A program made the position numbers and the translations under genes. This document shows positions 28,000 to 38,352 of a stretch of DNA of 64,000 nucleotides, in pieces; the first letter of the stretch is position 1; each line of letters opens with the position of its first letter. Source of the DNA: an uncultured Candidatus Saccharibacteria bacterium (GTDB lineage: Bacteria; Patescibacteriota; Minisyncoccia; Phycocordibacterales; DATDWN01); assembly GCA_964507615.1 (NCBI GenBank), contig CAZDPS010000001.1, positions 25,777-89,776 of the forward strand. The letters are read 5' to 3'. The notes below the pieces were generated by a model. It had not been told where the DNA came from. It was given only the letters and a program-made list of their open reading frames with translations, and did no database searches.

Positions 28000-28212
28000 A
28001 TGGAAACCATCTGTGAGACTTCAGGACATCTGTCAGGGTCAACGGTCAGAGAACACCACCCGACATGCACGTGCAAGACCTGCCTGTGCCCGTGTTTCAA
28101 ACACCGAGAAGAGTTAGCAGAAAGACAGGAGAACCACAGACTTGAGCTCGAGCGAATGTACCGCGACCGCACTCGGGGTCGTCGCGACTATTCCGGTCCG
28201 ATTACAGACTAG
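28000..28212 (+). CDS. Cys/His-rich small protein (70 aa), GC-rich island 5
   Basis: METICETSGH...HHPTCTCKTCLCPCFKH... then charged helix; SD aggagg 8 nt before ATG; hairpin acggccgttccg/cgggacggccgt downstream. Confidence 0.6.
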   Translation: METICETSGHLSGSTVREHHPTCTCKTCLCPCFKHREELAERQENHRLELERMYRDRTRGRRDYSGPITD

Positions 28213-28284
28213 AGCTGAAACGTGCAGTTCTTCTAAATTCCTACGGCCGTTCCGATCTTCGGGACGGCCGTAAAATTTTAATGT

Positions 28285-28427
28285 TTGACCTGGTAGTAGA
28301 TTTTGGCATAGCTCTCTCGAGCGGGCGAAGCCCAATGCCAAATTCACTACCGGGTTGACAAAAACATGCATATTATGATATGATTGTTTTATCGAAGTTC
28401 GCCCACCCGGGCGGGCCATTTTTTTAC
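28285..28427 (+). other. GC-rich structured non-coding tail of island 5 (possible sRNA)
   Basis: Nested inverted repeats cctggtagt/actaccggg and tttggcat/atgccaaa; TTGACC-17-ATAGCT and TTGACA-18-TATGAT boxes; plus-strand hairpin gcccaccc.gggcgggc plus T7. Confidence 0.3.
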
Positions 28428-28487
28428 CCAAATATAGGGTAGAATAAAGAAGTAAAAATTTATAAACAATTATTAGCTAAAATAACT

Positions 28488-28612
28488 GAAAACTTTCAAA
28501 TTTGAGACAAGGTCGCGTATAAAATTTGAAAATAGATTGGAGGCGTACAGCAGTACGATGACAATCATTTTTAAATTTTAGACGATGAGATTGGCCAAAT
28601 ATGGAAGTTTTA
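28488..28612 (+). repeat. Family A palindromic repeat, copy A3
   Basis: gagacaaggtcgcgtataaaat...ggaggcgtac-agca-gtacgatgac...attttagacgatgagattggccaaat, immediately upstream of nusA. Confidence 0.7.
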
Positions 28613-28619
28613 AAATAAT

Positions 28620-29789
28620 ATGATGGATTTAAAGGTAATAAACAGTGTCCTAGCCCAACTAGAAGAAGAAAGAGGTATTCCTAGAGAGAAAATCTTGGAA
28701 GCTATCGAGCTTGCCCTAGCCACTGCCTACAAAAAAGAATACGGCAAAAAAGGCCAGATAATAAGGTCTAAATTTGATATAAACACAGGAAAAGCTGAAA
28801 TGTTCCAGGTTAAAATCGTTGTGGATGAAAGTACTGTAGTTATGGACGAGGATGAGCTTCCTACGGAAATTAAAGAAGGTGAAGTAGAAATGGATTTATA
28901 CAACCCAGAACATCACATAATGATTGGAGATGCTCGTAGAATAAAGAAAGATGTGGTACTTGGTGAAGAAATGGTCTTCCCTCTTGAGGCACAAGACGAC
29001 TATAGTCGTATTGCCGCACAAACAGCAAAACAAGTTATCATGCAGAAGATACGCGAGGCAGAAAAAGTATCTGTTTTAGCTGAATATGGAAAAAGAGAGG
29101 GTGAAATAGTAACTGGAACTGTTCAAAGAATAGAGAGAGGTAATGTCTTTATTGATATGGGACGTGCTACTGGTCTATTACCATACGAAGAGCAAATTCC
29201 TGGTGAAAGATTTGGCCAAGGTGAAAGAGTCAGAGCATACCTATATAGAGTAGAAGAGTCTGGAAAAGGCGTTTTCTTGCGTCTTTCTCGATCACATCCA
29301 AAGCTTTTGGAAAAACTATTTGAAGCAGAGGCTCCAGAAATTGCAAACGGCACTGTTGTAATAAAATCAGTAGCAAGAGAGGCAGGAAGTAGAACAAAAA
29401 TAGCCGTTGGTTCAACCGATCCACACATTGACCCTGTTGGCTCAATGGTTGGACAAAGAGGAGTTCGAGTTTCTACCGTTATGTCGGAACTTGGAGGAGA
29501 AAAAATAGATATTATTGAGTGGTCAGAAGATCCAAAGAAATTTATTGAGGATGCCCTTTCCCCTGCAAAAGCCTTGTCAGTTACTCTTAATGAACAAGAA
29601 AAACAAGCAACTGTAGTGGTTTCAGAGGAGCAACAGTCACTTGCTATTGGTAAAGGTGGACAGAATGTCCGTCTAGCGGCAAAACTAACAGGTTGGAAAA
29701 TTGATATTCAATCAACTTCTATCAAGGCAGAACCTGCGATTGAGACTTTGAGTATTGAGGAGGATGAACCAGAGGAAAGCATTGTATAA
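28620..29789 (+). CDS. nusA: Transcription termination/antitermination factor NusA
   Basis: N-terminal domain, S1 (GEIVTGTVQRIERGNVFIDMG) and two KH domains. Confidence 0.9.
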   Translation: MMDLKVINSVLAQLEEERGIPREKILEAIELALATAYKKEYGKKGQIIRSKFDINTGKAEMFQVKIVVDESTVVMDEDELPTEIKEGEVEMDLYNPEHHIMIGDARRIKKDVVLGEEMVFPLEAQDDYSRIAAQTAKQVIMQKIREAEKVSVLAEYGKREGEIVTGTVQRIERGNVFIDMGRATGLLPYEEQIPGERFGQGERVRAYLYRVEESGKGVFLRLSRSHPKLLEKLFEAEAPEIANGTVVIKSVAREAGSRTKIAVGSTDPHIDPVGSMVGQRGVRVSTVMSELGGEKIDIIEWSEDPKKFIEDALSPAKALSVTLNEQEKQATVVVSEEQQSLAIGKGGQNVRLAAKLTGWKIDIQSTSIKAEPAIETLSIEEDEPEESIV

Positions 29790-29858
29790 ATAGACGAAAT
29801 TGTCTATAGTATTTCTTATTATCAATCCCGACCATAAAGTCGGAAATTAACAAATCAT

Positions 29859-31871
29859 ATGAATAGTTATCTTATTTTTGCCTTAGTGGCTTCGGTTGTG
29901 GCTATTATTTACGGCCTTCTTTTAGCAAAATCAATACTAAAAAAGAGCGCCGGAAACGAAAGAATGCAGGAAATTGCTAAAGCGATACAGGAAGGCGCAG
30001 GTGCTTATCTAAACAAACAATACAAAACCATAGCCATGATTGCTGTTGTTTTGTTTGTTGTTATTGGTTTTATTCCTAAACTCGGATGGGTTATGGCCAT
30101 AGGGTTCCTTGTTGGAGCCATACTATCAGCTGTAGCTGGATATGTAGGAATGAACGTTTCTGTAAGAGCAAACGTTAGAACTGCAGAGTCAGCACGGAGT
30201 GGAATAAAAGAAGCTTTATCTCTTGCTTTCAAAGGAGGTACGGTAACAGGGCTACTTGTTGTAGGTCTCGCACTTCTTGGTGTTACTGTTTTTTATGCAA
30301 TAACGAAAGATGTACCTGCCCTAGTTGGTTTAGGTTTTGGTGCTTCTCTTATCTCGGTTTTCGCTAGACTTGGTGGAGGTATCTTCACTAAAGCAGCTGA
30401 CGTTGGAGCAGACCTTGTAGGAAAACTTGAGGCAAACATCCCAGAAGATGACCCAAGAAACCCAGGAGTTATCGCCGATAATGTTGGAGACAACGTTGGA
30501 GACTGTGCTGGTATGGCCGCTGATCTTTTTGAGACATATGCCGTTACATCAGTTGCAGCAATGCTACTTGGTTCACTTTTGTTTGCAGGATTTGAAAATG
30601 CGGTTATATATCCACTAGTTATTGGTGGAATAGCTATTTTTGCTTCTATTATAGGTACTTGGTTTGTGCGACTCGGTAAATCAGGAAATATCATGGGTGC
30701 TTTGTACAAAGGACTTATCGCTGCTGGCGTTATTGCTGGAGTAGCATTCTACCCTGTTACAAAACTACTCATGGAAAACAATGGTAAATTTGCTACAGTT
30801 GATTTGTTTATCTGTTCTCTAGTTGGGTTGTTTGTTACTGGAGCTCTTGTAGTTATTACAGAATACTTTACATCAACAAAGTACAAGCCAGTTCAATCAA
30901 TCGCAGAAGCTTCTGTTTCTGGACACGGAACAAATGTTATTCAAGGACTAGCTATTTCCATGAAAGCCACGGCTTGGCCTTTGATTACAATCGTTTTGGG
31001 AATCCTTGTTAGTTACTATTTTGGAGGACTTTATGGAATCGCTATTGCAGCCATGTCCATGCTTTCCATGACAGGAATTATTGTTGCTATTGATGCATAT
31101 GGTCCGATTACAGACAATGCTGGAGGAATTGCCGAGATGGCAGAACTTCCAAAAGAAGTTCGAGATGTTACGGACCCATTGGACGCAGTTGGAAACACAA
31201 CAAAAGCCGTAACCAAGGGTTATGCTATTGGTTCTGCGGGTCTCGCTTCTCTCGTTCTATTTGCTTCTTATACAGAAGAAATAGTCAAAGCTGGCAAAAG
31301 TATCTCTTTTGATTTAAGTAATCCTTACGTTATCGTCGGACTATTCATTGGAGGGCTTTTACCTTATTACTTTGGCGCTCTATGTATGGAAGCCGTAGGA
31401 AAAACAGCCGGCAAGGTTGTGGAGGAAATTAGACGACAATTCAGAGAAATACCAGGCATAATGCAAGGTACAGCAAAACCAGATTACGCAAAAGCTGTTT
31501 CTATTATCACAGGAGCCGCTATAAAACAAATGATAGTTCCCGCTCTAATTCCGGTTCTTACACCTATCTTGGTGGCTATAGTATTCGGAAAGGATAACGG
31601 TTTGGTTGTTCTGGGTGGACTTCTCATGGGATCAATCATCACTGGCTTATTCGTTGCTATATCAATGACTTCAGGTGGTGGTGCTTGGGATAACGCTAAG
31701 AAATATATTGAATTAGGTAATCATGGTGGAAAAGGAAGTGATGCTCACAAAGCAGCAGTTACTGGAGACACTGTTGGAGACCCATACAAAGATACCGCAG
31801 GTCCAGCCATGAATCCTATGATCAAAATATTGAACATAGTTGCTTTAATCATTGTTGCCCTAATGGTCTAA
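29859..31871 (+). CDS. hppA: Membrane-bound proton/sodium-translocating pyrophosphatase
   Basis: 670 aa; [18 protein letters not shown] and [11 protein letters not shown] motifs. Confidence 0.95.
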   Translation: MNSYLIFALVASVVAIIYGLLLAKSILKKSAGNERMQEIAKAIQEGAGAYLNKQYKTIAMIAVVLFVVIGFIPKLGWVMAIGFLVGAILSAVAGYVGMNVSVRANVRTAESARSGIKEALSLAFKGGTVTGLLVVGLALLGVTVFYAITKDVPALVGLGFGASLISVFARLGGGIFTKAADVGADLVGKLEANIPEDDPRNPGVIADNVGDNVGDCAGMAADLFETYAVTSVAAMLLGSLLFAGFENAVIYPLVIGGIAIFASIIGTWFVRLGKSGNIMGALYKGLIAAGVIAGVAFYPVTKLLMENNGKFATVDLFICSLVGLFVTGALVVITEYFTSTKYKPVQSIAEASVSGHGTNVIQGLAISMKATAWPLITIVLGILVSYYFGGLYGIAIAAMSMLSMTGIIVAIDAYGPITDNAGGIAEMAELPKEVRDVTDPLDAVGNTTKAVTKGYAIGSAGLASLVLFASYTEEIVKAGKSISFDLSNPYVIVGLFIGGLLPYYFGALCMEAVGKTAGKVVEEIRRQFREIPGIMQGTAKPDYAKAVSIITGAAIKQMIVPALIPVLTPILVAIVFGKDNGLVVLGGLLMGSIITGLFVAISMTSGGGAWDNAKKYIELGNHGGKGSDAHKAAVTGDTVGDPYKDTAGPAMNPMIKILNIVALIIVALMV

Positions 31872-31881
31872 TAAAAACCTC

Positions 31882-31989
31882 CAAATCTGGCGCACTTCTT
31901 CGTTGCTCGTTTTGTTCGCTTCCGTGCAGTACTAAATGTACAGCTTGGTCACAAACAAAACTCCGCTTCTCGAACTACATCCAGATTTG
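31882..31989 (+). repeat. Family B palindromic repeat, copy B1
   Basis: Outer stem caaatctgg/ccagatttg; core ttcgttgctcgttttgttcgc..gtgcagtac-taaat-gtacagcttggtcacaaacaaaact; related to 39150-39262. Confidence 0.6.
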
Positions 31990-32015
31990 AAAGTTTTTGA
32001 CAAACGGTCACACAG

Positions 32016-32048
32016 AAAAAACCTGGTTTTACTTGCCAGGTTTTTTTC
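32016..32048 (+). terminator. Intrinsic terminator downstream of hppA
   Basis: Stem aaaaaacctgg/ccaggtttttt with T-run. Confidence 0.7.
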
Positions 32049-32094
32049 TATATAATTAAATCTGGTAAAAACTTATTAATAACTATTAAAACCA

Positions 32095-32868
32095 ATGAGA
32101 AAATTAACTTTAAATATATTACTGGCATTACTAGTTTTTGGTGTAAACACAACCACTTATGCAATTTCAGACGATGGCAGTGAATCTCCTACAACTGGTA
32201 GTGTGGTTTGTACACAAGAAGTGAAACAATGCCCAGATGGTTCTTTTGTAGGTAGGACAGGACCTAAATGTGAGTTCAGTAGATGTCCTTTTGCCACCAC
32301 AACAGGAGTCCAGAAAATTAAAGCCACACTAGAGACAAGGAAAGAAAATCGAGAGGAAGAGAGAAACGAACTAAAAGAAAAGATGGAGGCAAGACTTGCA
32401 AGCTCTAGCGAAAAAAGAGTTGAGAGGAAAGAAGAAGTTAGAGAGAGGATAGAAAATAGAATAGCTAGCACATCAGCATTTAGATTAGAAAAAAGATTTG
32501 AAAAGATTGCAAAAAATTATTTAAAAGAAGTTGTTAGACTAGAACAAATATTGGGAAGAGTTGTCACAAGAATTGAGAAAGTAGAATCACTTGGAGGAAA
32601 CGTGACAGAAGCCACACAATATGCAGAAGAAGCAAGGACACACCTTTCTGAAGCTAGAAAAACATACGATGTACTTAAAACAATCGCAACAAATGCAGAC
32701 AACAATGCCACAACAACAAAAGAAATGATTACTAGCATGAAGAATTCAGGAAAAACAGTAGAAAACCATCTAAGACTTGCCCACAAAGCATTACAAAAAA
32801 CAGTCGGCAGCTTGAGAGGAGTTTCTCAATTAAACAACACCTCATCTACTACACCAACATCAAATTAA
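32095..32868 (+). CDS. Secreted coiled-coil protein (257 aa), hypothetical
   Basis: Signal-peptide-like N-terminus, Cys-containing segment, then Glu/Arg/Lys-rich helical region. Confidence 0.6.
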   Translation: MRKLTLNILLALLVFGVNTTTYAISDDGSESPTTGSVVCTQEVKQCPDGSFVGRTGPKCEFSRCPFATTTGVQKIKATLETRKENREEERNELKEKMEARLASSSEKRVERKEEVRERIENRIASTSAFRLEKRFEKIAKNYLKEVVRLEQILGRVVTRIEKVESLGGNVTEATQYAEEARTHLSEARKTYDVLKTIATNADNNATTTKEMITSMKNSGKTVENHLRLAHKALQKTVGSLRGVSQLNNTSSTTPTSN

Positions 32869-32889
32869 TAACTAATAACTAATAAAAAT

Positions 32890-33186
32890 ATGGAACCACA
32901 AGCACAACAAGAACAACCACAAATGCAACCCCAAGAGAACAAATCATCTATTGGGTCTGTCATAGGTATAATCATAATAATCGCCATAATAATACTAGGA
33001 GGATTATATTTTTGGGGTAAAAGAATAGAAGAATCAAAATTGCAAGATGATTTACTAATGCAAAACGCAACTACATCTGAAGAAATTGTTCCCGAAAACG
33101 TGAGCTCTTCCGATGATGTAAATTCTATAGAAGCCGACCTCAACGCCACAACAGATTTTAGTGGACTGGGTACAGAACTGGAATAA
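32890..33186 (+). CDS. Small single-pass membrane protein (98 aa)
   Basis: Gln/Pro-rich N-terminus, TM IGSVIGIIIIIAIIILGGLYFWG, acidic tail. Confidence 0.55.
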   Translation: MEPQAQQEQPQMQPQENKSSIGSVIGIIIIIAIIILGGLYFWGKRIEESKLQDDLLMQNATTSEEIVPENVSSSDDVNSIEADLNATTDFSGLGTELE

Positions 33187-33273
33187 TTTACCTTTCACAT
33201 AGCCATGTGACAAAAACACCCAAAGGGGTGTTTTTGCTTGCAAACATACGCTCGACAATATAGACTAACAAAC

Positions 33274-34353
33274 GATATGACAAAACAACAAAAAAACTAT
33301 ACGGATATAAAAATTAACCCCCTTCCAGAAAGAGAGGTGGAGATAATTGGTTCTATTACTGCAGAAAAGATGTCTCTTATGAGAGAGAAAGCCCTGGCTA
33401 AACTTAAAGAAGGACTAGAGCTTCCAGGGTTTAGAAAAGGTAATGCACCAGATAATCTAGTGGCACAGAAAGTTGGAGAGATGAGACTCCTAGAAGAGGC
33501 AGCTGAAATAGCATTGTCAGAAGAGTATCCAAATATTCTAGACGAACACAAAATAGATGCTATTGGAAGACCAGAAATAATGATAACCAAAATCGGCCTT
33601 GGAAACCCTCTTGAATTCAAAATCAAAACTTCCCTTATGCCAGAAGTGAAACTTGGTGATTACAAAAAAATAGCAACGAAAGAAGTTGCCAAGAAAACAA
33701 AAAAACCAGAGGTTACTGAAAAAGAAGTTGAGGACGTCATAAAGAATATCCAAAAAAACATTGCTCATGAAAAAATGCATTCTGATATGGGTCTAGATGA
33801 ACACACACACAGCCACGCAGAAATAAAAGATGAGGATCTTCCAGAGGTTAATGACGAGTTCGCAAAAATGATAGGTGGTTTCAAAGACGTTGCCGACATG
33901 AAAGAAAAAATCAAAGAAAACATTGTCCACGAAAAAGAATTAAAAGAGAAAGACAAGAAAAGAACAGAAATTCTTGAGGCAATAATTGAAAGTTCAACAA
34001 TTGACCTACCTAAAATAATAATAGATGGAGAACTTGAAAAAATGACGGCTCAATTCAAAGATGATATAGCAAGAGCTGGTGTGACTTACGAAGATTATTT
34101 GAAACACATAAAGAAAACTGAGGATGATTTAAAAACTGAATGGAAAGAGACAGCTGTGAAACGAGCAAAATCTCAAATTATTTTGAATAACATTGCAAAA
34201 GAGGAGGGTATAACTCCCGAGGAAGAGGAAGTTAAGAAAGAAATGGAGCATATTCTGTCACACTATAAAGATGCGGAACGTTTCAGAGTAAGAATGTATG
34301 TTGAAACGTTTCTTATGAACGAAATGGTATTCAAGTTTCTGGAAAAACAATAA
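33274..34353 (+). CDS. tig: Trigger factor (short form)
   Basis: Ribosome-binding motif ELPGFRKGNAP; C-terminal chaperone-arm-like region; start set at MTKQQKNY. Confidence 0.8.
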   Translation, partial: DMTKQQKNYTDIKINPLPEREVEIIGSITAEKMSLMREKALAKLKEGLELPGFRKGNAPDNLVAQKVGEMRLLEEAAEIALSEEYPNILDEHKIDAIGRPEIMITKIGLGNPLEFKIKTSLMPEVKLGDYKKIATKEVAKKTKKPEVTEKEVEDVIKNIQKNIAHEKMHSDMGLDEHTHSHAEIKDEDLPEVNDEFAKMIGGFKDVADMKEKIKENIVHEKELKEKDKKRTEILEAIIESSTIDLPKIIIDGELEKMTAQFKDDIARAGVTYEDYLKHIKKTEDDLKTEWKETAVKRAKSQIILNNIAKEEGITPEEEEVKKEMEHILSHYKDAERFRVRMYVETFLMNEMVFKFLEKQ

Positions 34354-34480
34354 TATTACCCTATCTGCGTTGTTGCAGTTCAATTTTGCTCGTTCACCTT
34401 ATGACAGTAAGTCTCACTCACAAAATTTCCTGCGCCTAGCATCTGGGGCAATTTATATTGCTTTTCAAAATCACAGAAGT

Positions 34481-34514
34481 AAAACAAAAGAGGCCATCAG
34501 GCCTCTTTTGTTTT
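34481..34514. terminator. Bidirectional terminator hairpin
   Basis: aaaacaaaagaggcc-atca-ggcctcttttgtttt, serves tig (+) and the small minus-strand ORF. Confidence 0.7.
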
Positions 34515-34648
34515 TACTCCGCTGGAGTTTCTTCTGTAACCTCTGGAACAGGAGTCACTTCTTCTGCTTTCATTCCACATTGTGGACACGCACCGTCTAC
34601 CATGGCCACATTACATGTTGGGCACATTACTTCGTTTGTTGGTTCCAT
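34514..34648 (-). CDS. Possible 44-aa zinc-ribbon peptide (below ORF-track cutoff)
   Basis: MEPTNEVMCPTCNVAMVDGACPQCGMKAEEVTPVPEVTEETPAE; CxxC...CxxC; terminator directly after stop; no clear SD. Confidence 0.4.
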   Translation of the reverse strand: MEPTNEVMCPTCNVAMVDGACPQCGMKAEEVTPVPEVTEETPAE

Positions 34649-34718
34649 AAAAAAATTTTGATTAATAAAAAATTCGACTTATTAAGTTTAACTTTTATAT
34701 CCTGATCTGTATACGTCT

Positions 34719-35423
34719 TTAAATTAAAAACAAACTAGAAACAGCGATGGCTGCTGTTTCGGCCCGGAGAATTTGTGAACCAAGAGAAACTACAGACATA
34801 TTGTACTGCTTGAATAATTTTAATTCTTTATCACTGAATCCCCCCTCTGGTCCAACAAACAAAGCAAATGATGCTTCTTTTGTACTGTCTCTGTATTGTT
34901 TAAAAGAAACACCCATTGGATGAAAAACTATTTTCTCCTGTGGCAAAACGCCACTCGGTAATAAACCTGAAAGATTTGTTATTGGATGAACCGTCATAAT
35001 ATCTCCCCTGCCAGACTGCTCTGATGCCTCCACAGCTATTTTTTGCATTCTGTCCATATTTAATTTTCTTTTCTCTGAGTGCTCACAAATAACAGGAACG
35101 ATATGATTTACTCCAAGTTCACTTGCTTTCTGTACAGCTAATTCAAAATTATCTTTTTTTATAAGCGCCATACACAACCAAATATTTTTTCTAGAAGTTC
35201 CGTCTGGAGTTTGTGTCTTTTTTATAACAGAAACTGTTGCACCTAAATTGCGCAAAGATGTAAGGACGCATAGATAATCTATTCCAGATCCATCAAAAAG
35301 AATGACTTGTGAGCCTACATTATATCGAAAAACACTTCGCCATTGGTGGACAAGATCTCTGTCTGTAACATCAAACGTTTCTCCAGAGATTGGTGTTTTT
35401 ATGTAGAATCTATGAAGTCTCAT
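34719..35423 (-). CDS. rsmE: 16S rRNA (uracil1498-N3)-methyltransferase RsmE
   Basis: MRLHRFYI... N-terminus; C-terminal SPOUT knot (LFVGPEGGFSDKE...LGSQILRAETAAI). Confidence 0.9.
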   Translation of the reverse strand: MRLHRFYIKTPISGETFDVTDRDLVHQWRSVFRYNVGSQVILFDGSGIDYLCVLTSLRNLGATVSVIKKTQTPDGTSRKNIWLCMALIKKDNFELAVQKASELGVNHIVPVICEHSEKRKLNMDRMQKIAVEASEQSGRGDIMTVHPITNLSGLLPSGVLPQEKIVFHPMGVSFKQYRDSTKEASFALFVGPEGGFSDKELKLFKQYNMSVVSLGSQILRAETAAIAVSSLFLI

Positions 35424-35572
35424 ACGGAAACTGTACCATATTTTACAAAATACGTCTTTCTGTTATACTCATGGAATGTTAATACCAACAGTTACCCCAG
35501 TACTAGAGTAAGGGGCGAGAAGTGGTAAAACAAATTTTAGATTACTATATAAATTAAGAGATAAAACTAATC

Positions 35573-36142
35573 ATGCTGATTCCTACCGTTATAGAAAAAT
35601 CACAATTCGGTGAGCGAGCATATGACATTTACTCGCGACTTTTGCGTGAAAATATTATATTTCTTGGAGGACCTATAGATGATGATACTGCAAATATTGT
35701 CATTGCCCAAATGCTTTTCCTTCAATCAGAGGATTCAAAAAAAGATATCCGCTTATATATAAACTCACCCGGTGGATACATCTCATCTGGAATGGCTATT
35801 CTAGACACAATGAATCATGTAAAAAATGATGTTTCTACTGTTTGTGTAGGAATTGCTGCCTCAATGGCATCTGTAATACTATCAGCCGGAACAAAAGGTA
35901 AAAGATTTATACTGCCAAACTCAGAGGTTATGATACACCAACCACACGGAGGAGCAGAGGGACAAGCTTCAGATATTGAAATATCAGCTAAACACATACT
36001 AAAAAGCCGAGAAACTCTTAATAAAATGCTGGCTAAAAACACAGGTCAAACACTATCAAAAATAGAAAAAGACGTTGATCGTGACTTCTTTATGACAGCG
36101 GAGGAAGCCAAAAAATACGGAATTGTAGATAAAATCCTGTAA
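35573..36142 (+). CDS. clpP: ATP-dependent Clp protease proteolytic subunit
   Basis: 189 aa; [18 protein letters not shown] (Ser) and MIHQP (His) motifs. Confidence 0.95.
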   Translation: MLIPTVIEKSQFGERAYDIYSRLLRENIIFLGGPIDDDTANIVIAQMLFLQSEDSKKDIRLYINSPGGYISSGMAILDTMNHVKNDVSTVCVGIAASMASVILSAGTKGKRFILPNSEVMIHQPHGGAEGQASDIEISAKHILKSRETLNKMLAKNTGQTLSKIEKDVDRDFFMTAEEAKKYGIVDKIL

Positions 36143-36167
36143 TAACTAAATAAATAGATACGATTAA

Positions 36168-36199
36168 GGCCCAGTACACGATATTCTGTGTACTGGGCC
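36168..36199. terminator. Bidirectional GC-rich hairpin between clpP and the island 6 ORF
   Basis: 12-bp stem ggcccagtacac/gtgtactgggcc, tttt on the plus side. Confidence 0.65.
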
Positions 36200-36232
36200 T
36201 TTTGGGCTGGGGAGCCCGGGAACTGGGAGGAA

Positions 36233-36505
36233 CTAGACGGCGATCCCCGCCCTGGCGAAGGCGGTGGCCAGGGTGTTGAACCCCCTGCCACGGACCGTCC
36301 GTGCGAGATGTTCGCGGTGCTCGGCGTACGCCTTGTCCAGATCGGACTTGGCGCGCTCGGCCATCTCGCGAGCGATCTGCTCGGCAGTCGGCTTGCGACA
36401 GCCGACGCCATGCAGGTGAACGCGCTCGCTCCCGCCCGGAGTGGGCTGCGAGCTGGCGTACGTGGTGAACTGACCACACTGGGCGCACCGGATGTGCTTG
36501 GTCAT
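36233..36505 (-). CDS. Small protein (90 aa) with N-terminal CxxC, GC-rich island 6
   Basis: MTKHIRCAQCGQFTTY...GVGCRKPTAEQIAREMAERAKSDL...; SD aggagg 6 nt before ATG; Ala/Arg-rich, high-GC codon usage. Confidence 0.6.
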   Translation of the reverse strand: MTKHIRCAQCGQFTTYASSQPTPGGSERVHLHGVGCRKPTAEQIAREMAERAKSDLDKAYAEHREHLARTVRGRGFNTLATAFARAGIAV

Positions 36506-36565
36506 GGGGACCTCCTATGGCCGTAGTTAGCCATTCCTTTGGCATCACTCGACCTTCCTGTGTAT

Positions 36566-36594
36566 ATCCTAGCATACTATACATCTTTTGTCAA
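36566..36594 (-). promoter_or_regulatory. Sigma70-like promoter of island 6
   Basis: aatcgcTTGACA-17 nt-TAGGAT; the aatcgcttgaca flank is identical to the island 2 promoter. Confidence 0.55.
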
Positions 36595-36822
36595 GCGATT
36601 TTATGCTTCCTCTGGACAATTCCCCACAATGGATATATAGTGTAGATATTATTTAAATTAATTAAATAACTGGTTGTTTTTGTTTTTCTGTCTATACTTC
36701 CGTTTATTAACCGAACTCTTATACAAATTTTAGAGATAAAAACTTTTCACATGATCCTCACAGACTACATATTGAATAAACTCTATATTTAGAAAAGCGA
36801 AAGCGGCTGTTATCCGCAAAAT

Positions 36823-38352
36823 ATGTCATTAAAAATAGTAATGTTGCTACTGTCAGTAGCATCACTGGTATCGATAGTAATCGGCTACTATTTGCGTCTC
36901 ATTGTTTCCTTGGGTCAAAAAGGCTCAATGGAACTTGATCTCAAGAAAATGATGCTTGAGGCAAAGGACAAGGAGAAAGCAATAATAGATGAGGCTGAGA
37001 AAAAAGCAGAAGAAATTCTTAGAATTGCGAGAGTTGAGATAAAACAAAAAGAAGAAGATAATAGAAAAACAGAAGAAAGACTTATCAAAAAAGATGAGCT
37101 ACTTTTGAGTAGACAAACAGATATTGATAAGGAAGTAGAAGAAATAAAGAAAAGAATAGAAGAAATAAAGGCCATAAGAGAAAAAACTGAACAAATAGAA
37201 GAAGAGAAAAAAGCAGAATTGAGCAAAATAGCAAAACTTTCTCCGGAAGAAGCCAAAGAAGAAATATTAAAAACTGTAGAAAAAGAAAGTGAGGAAGATG
37301 TTTTGGTTCGCATGAAAAAACTAGATATAGAAGGTCGTGATAGGCTTGAAGAAAAAGCAAAAGAGATTTTGACGGCCTCAATTCAACGTCTTTCTAATTC
37401 CGTATCTTCTGACATGCTTACAACCCACGTTACTATTCCAAACGATGAAATAAAAGGAAAAATAATCGGAAAAGAAGGTAGAAACATAAAGGCTTTTGAG
37501 AGATGCACGGGAGTTGAGGTGATTGTTGATGATACGCCCGGATCAATAACAATTTCTTCTTTTGATCCTGTTCGTAGACAAGTAGCAAAAACTGCTCTAG
37601 AAAAACTAATTGCCGATGGACGCATCCAGCCTGCAAAAATAGAAGAGATGGTACAAAAATCAGAACAAGAAATTGCAAAAATAATTAAAGACAAGGGAGA
37701 CGAAGCTGTGTATGAAACTGGAGTTATTGGTTTAGATCCTAGAATTATTTCCATTTTAGGAAGATTGCATTTCCGAACAAGCTACGGACAAAACGTACTG
37801 GCTCATTCAGTAGAAATGGCTCACATAGCAGGAATGCTTGCTGAGGAAATTGGAGCAAATGTCCAGGTGGCAAAAGCTGGGGCATTGGTACATGACATCG
37901 GAAAAGCCTTGGACCATGAGGTTGTTGGAACACACGTAGAAATAGGAAGAAGAATCCTTCAGAAATTTGGTGCAGACGAAAACATAATAAAAGCAATGCA
38001 AGCACATCATGAAGAATATCCTTATGAAACTCTCGAATCTATGATTGTTCAATCAGCAGATGCTATATCAGGAGGACGACCAGGAGCAAGAAGGGACAGT
38101 GTAGAAAACTACTTGAAACGCCTAAAAGATCTAGAAGCTGTGGCTAGTTCGTTTAAGGGTGTTGAAAAATCATACGCCTTGCAAGCAGGACGCGAAATAA
38201 GAATTTTTGTCACACCAAATGAAATAACCGATCTAGAGGCCAAAAAAATGGCTAGAGATATAGCCGTAAAGATAGAGAGTGAACTAAAATACCCTGGAGA
38301 AATAAAGGTGACGGTTATCCGGGAATTAAGAACTATAGAATTTGCTAGATAA
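36823..38352 (+). CDS. rny: Ribonuclease Y
   Basis: N-terminal TM, coiled coil, KH (GKIIGKEGRNIKAFE), HD domain (HDIGKA). Confidence 0.9.
   Translation: MSLKIVMLLLSVASLVSIVIGYYLRLIVSLGQKGSMELDLKKMMLEAKDKEKAIIDEAEKKAEEILRIARVEIKQKEEDNRKTEERLIKKDELLLSRQTDIDKEVEEIKKRIEEIKAIREKTEQIEEEKKAELSKIAKLSPEEAKEEILKTVEKESEEDVLVRMKKLDIEGRDRLEEKAKEILTASIQRLSNSVSSDMLTTHVTIPNDEIKGKIIGKEGRNIKAFERCTGVEVIVDDTPGSITISSFDPVRRQVAKTALEKLIADGRIQPAKIEEMVQKSEQEIAKIIKDKGDEAVYETGVIGLDPRIISILGRLHFRTSYGQNVLAHSVEMAHIAGMLAEEIGANVQVAKAGALVHDIGKALDHEVVGTHVEIGRRILQKFGADENIIKAMQAHHEEYPYETLESMIVQSADAISGGRPGARRDSVENYLKRLKDLEAVASSFKGVEKSYALQAGREIRIFVTPNEITDLEAKKMARDIAVKIESELKYPGEIKVTVIRELRTIEFAR

Noticed and set aside
36090-36584. 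164-aa and 143-aa minus-strand ORFs and a 112-aa plus-strand ORF in island 6
   Set aside because: They would start inside the promoter and run through the terminator hairpin. Their composition is Arg/Pro/Ala-biased. The 90-aa frame has a perfect SD.
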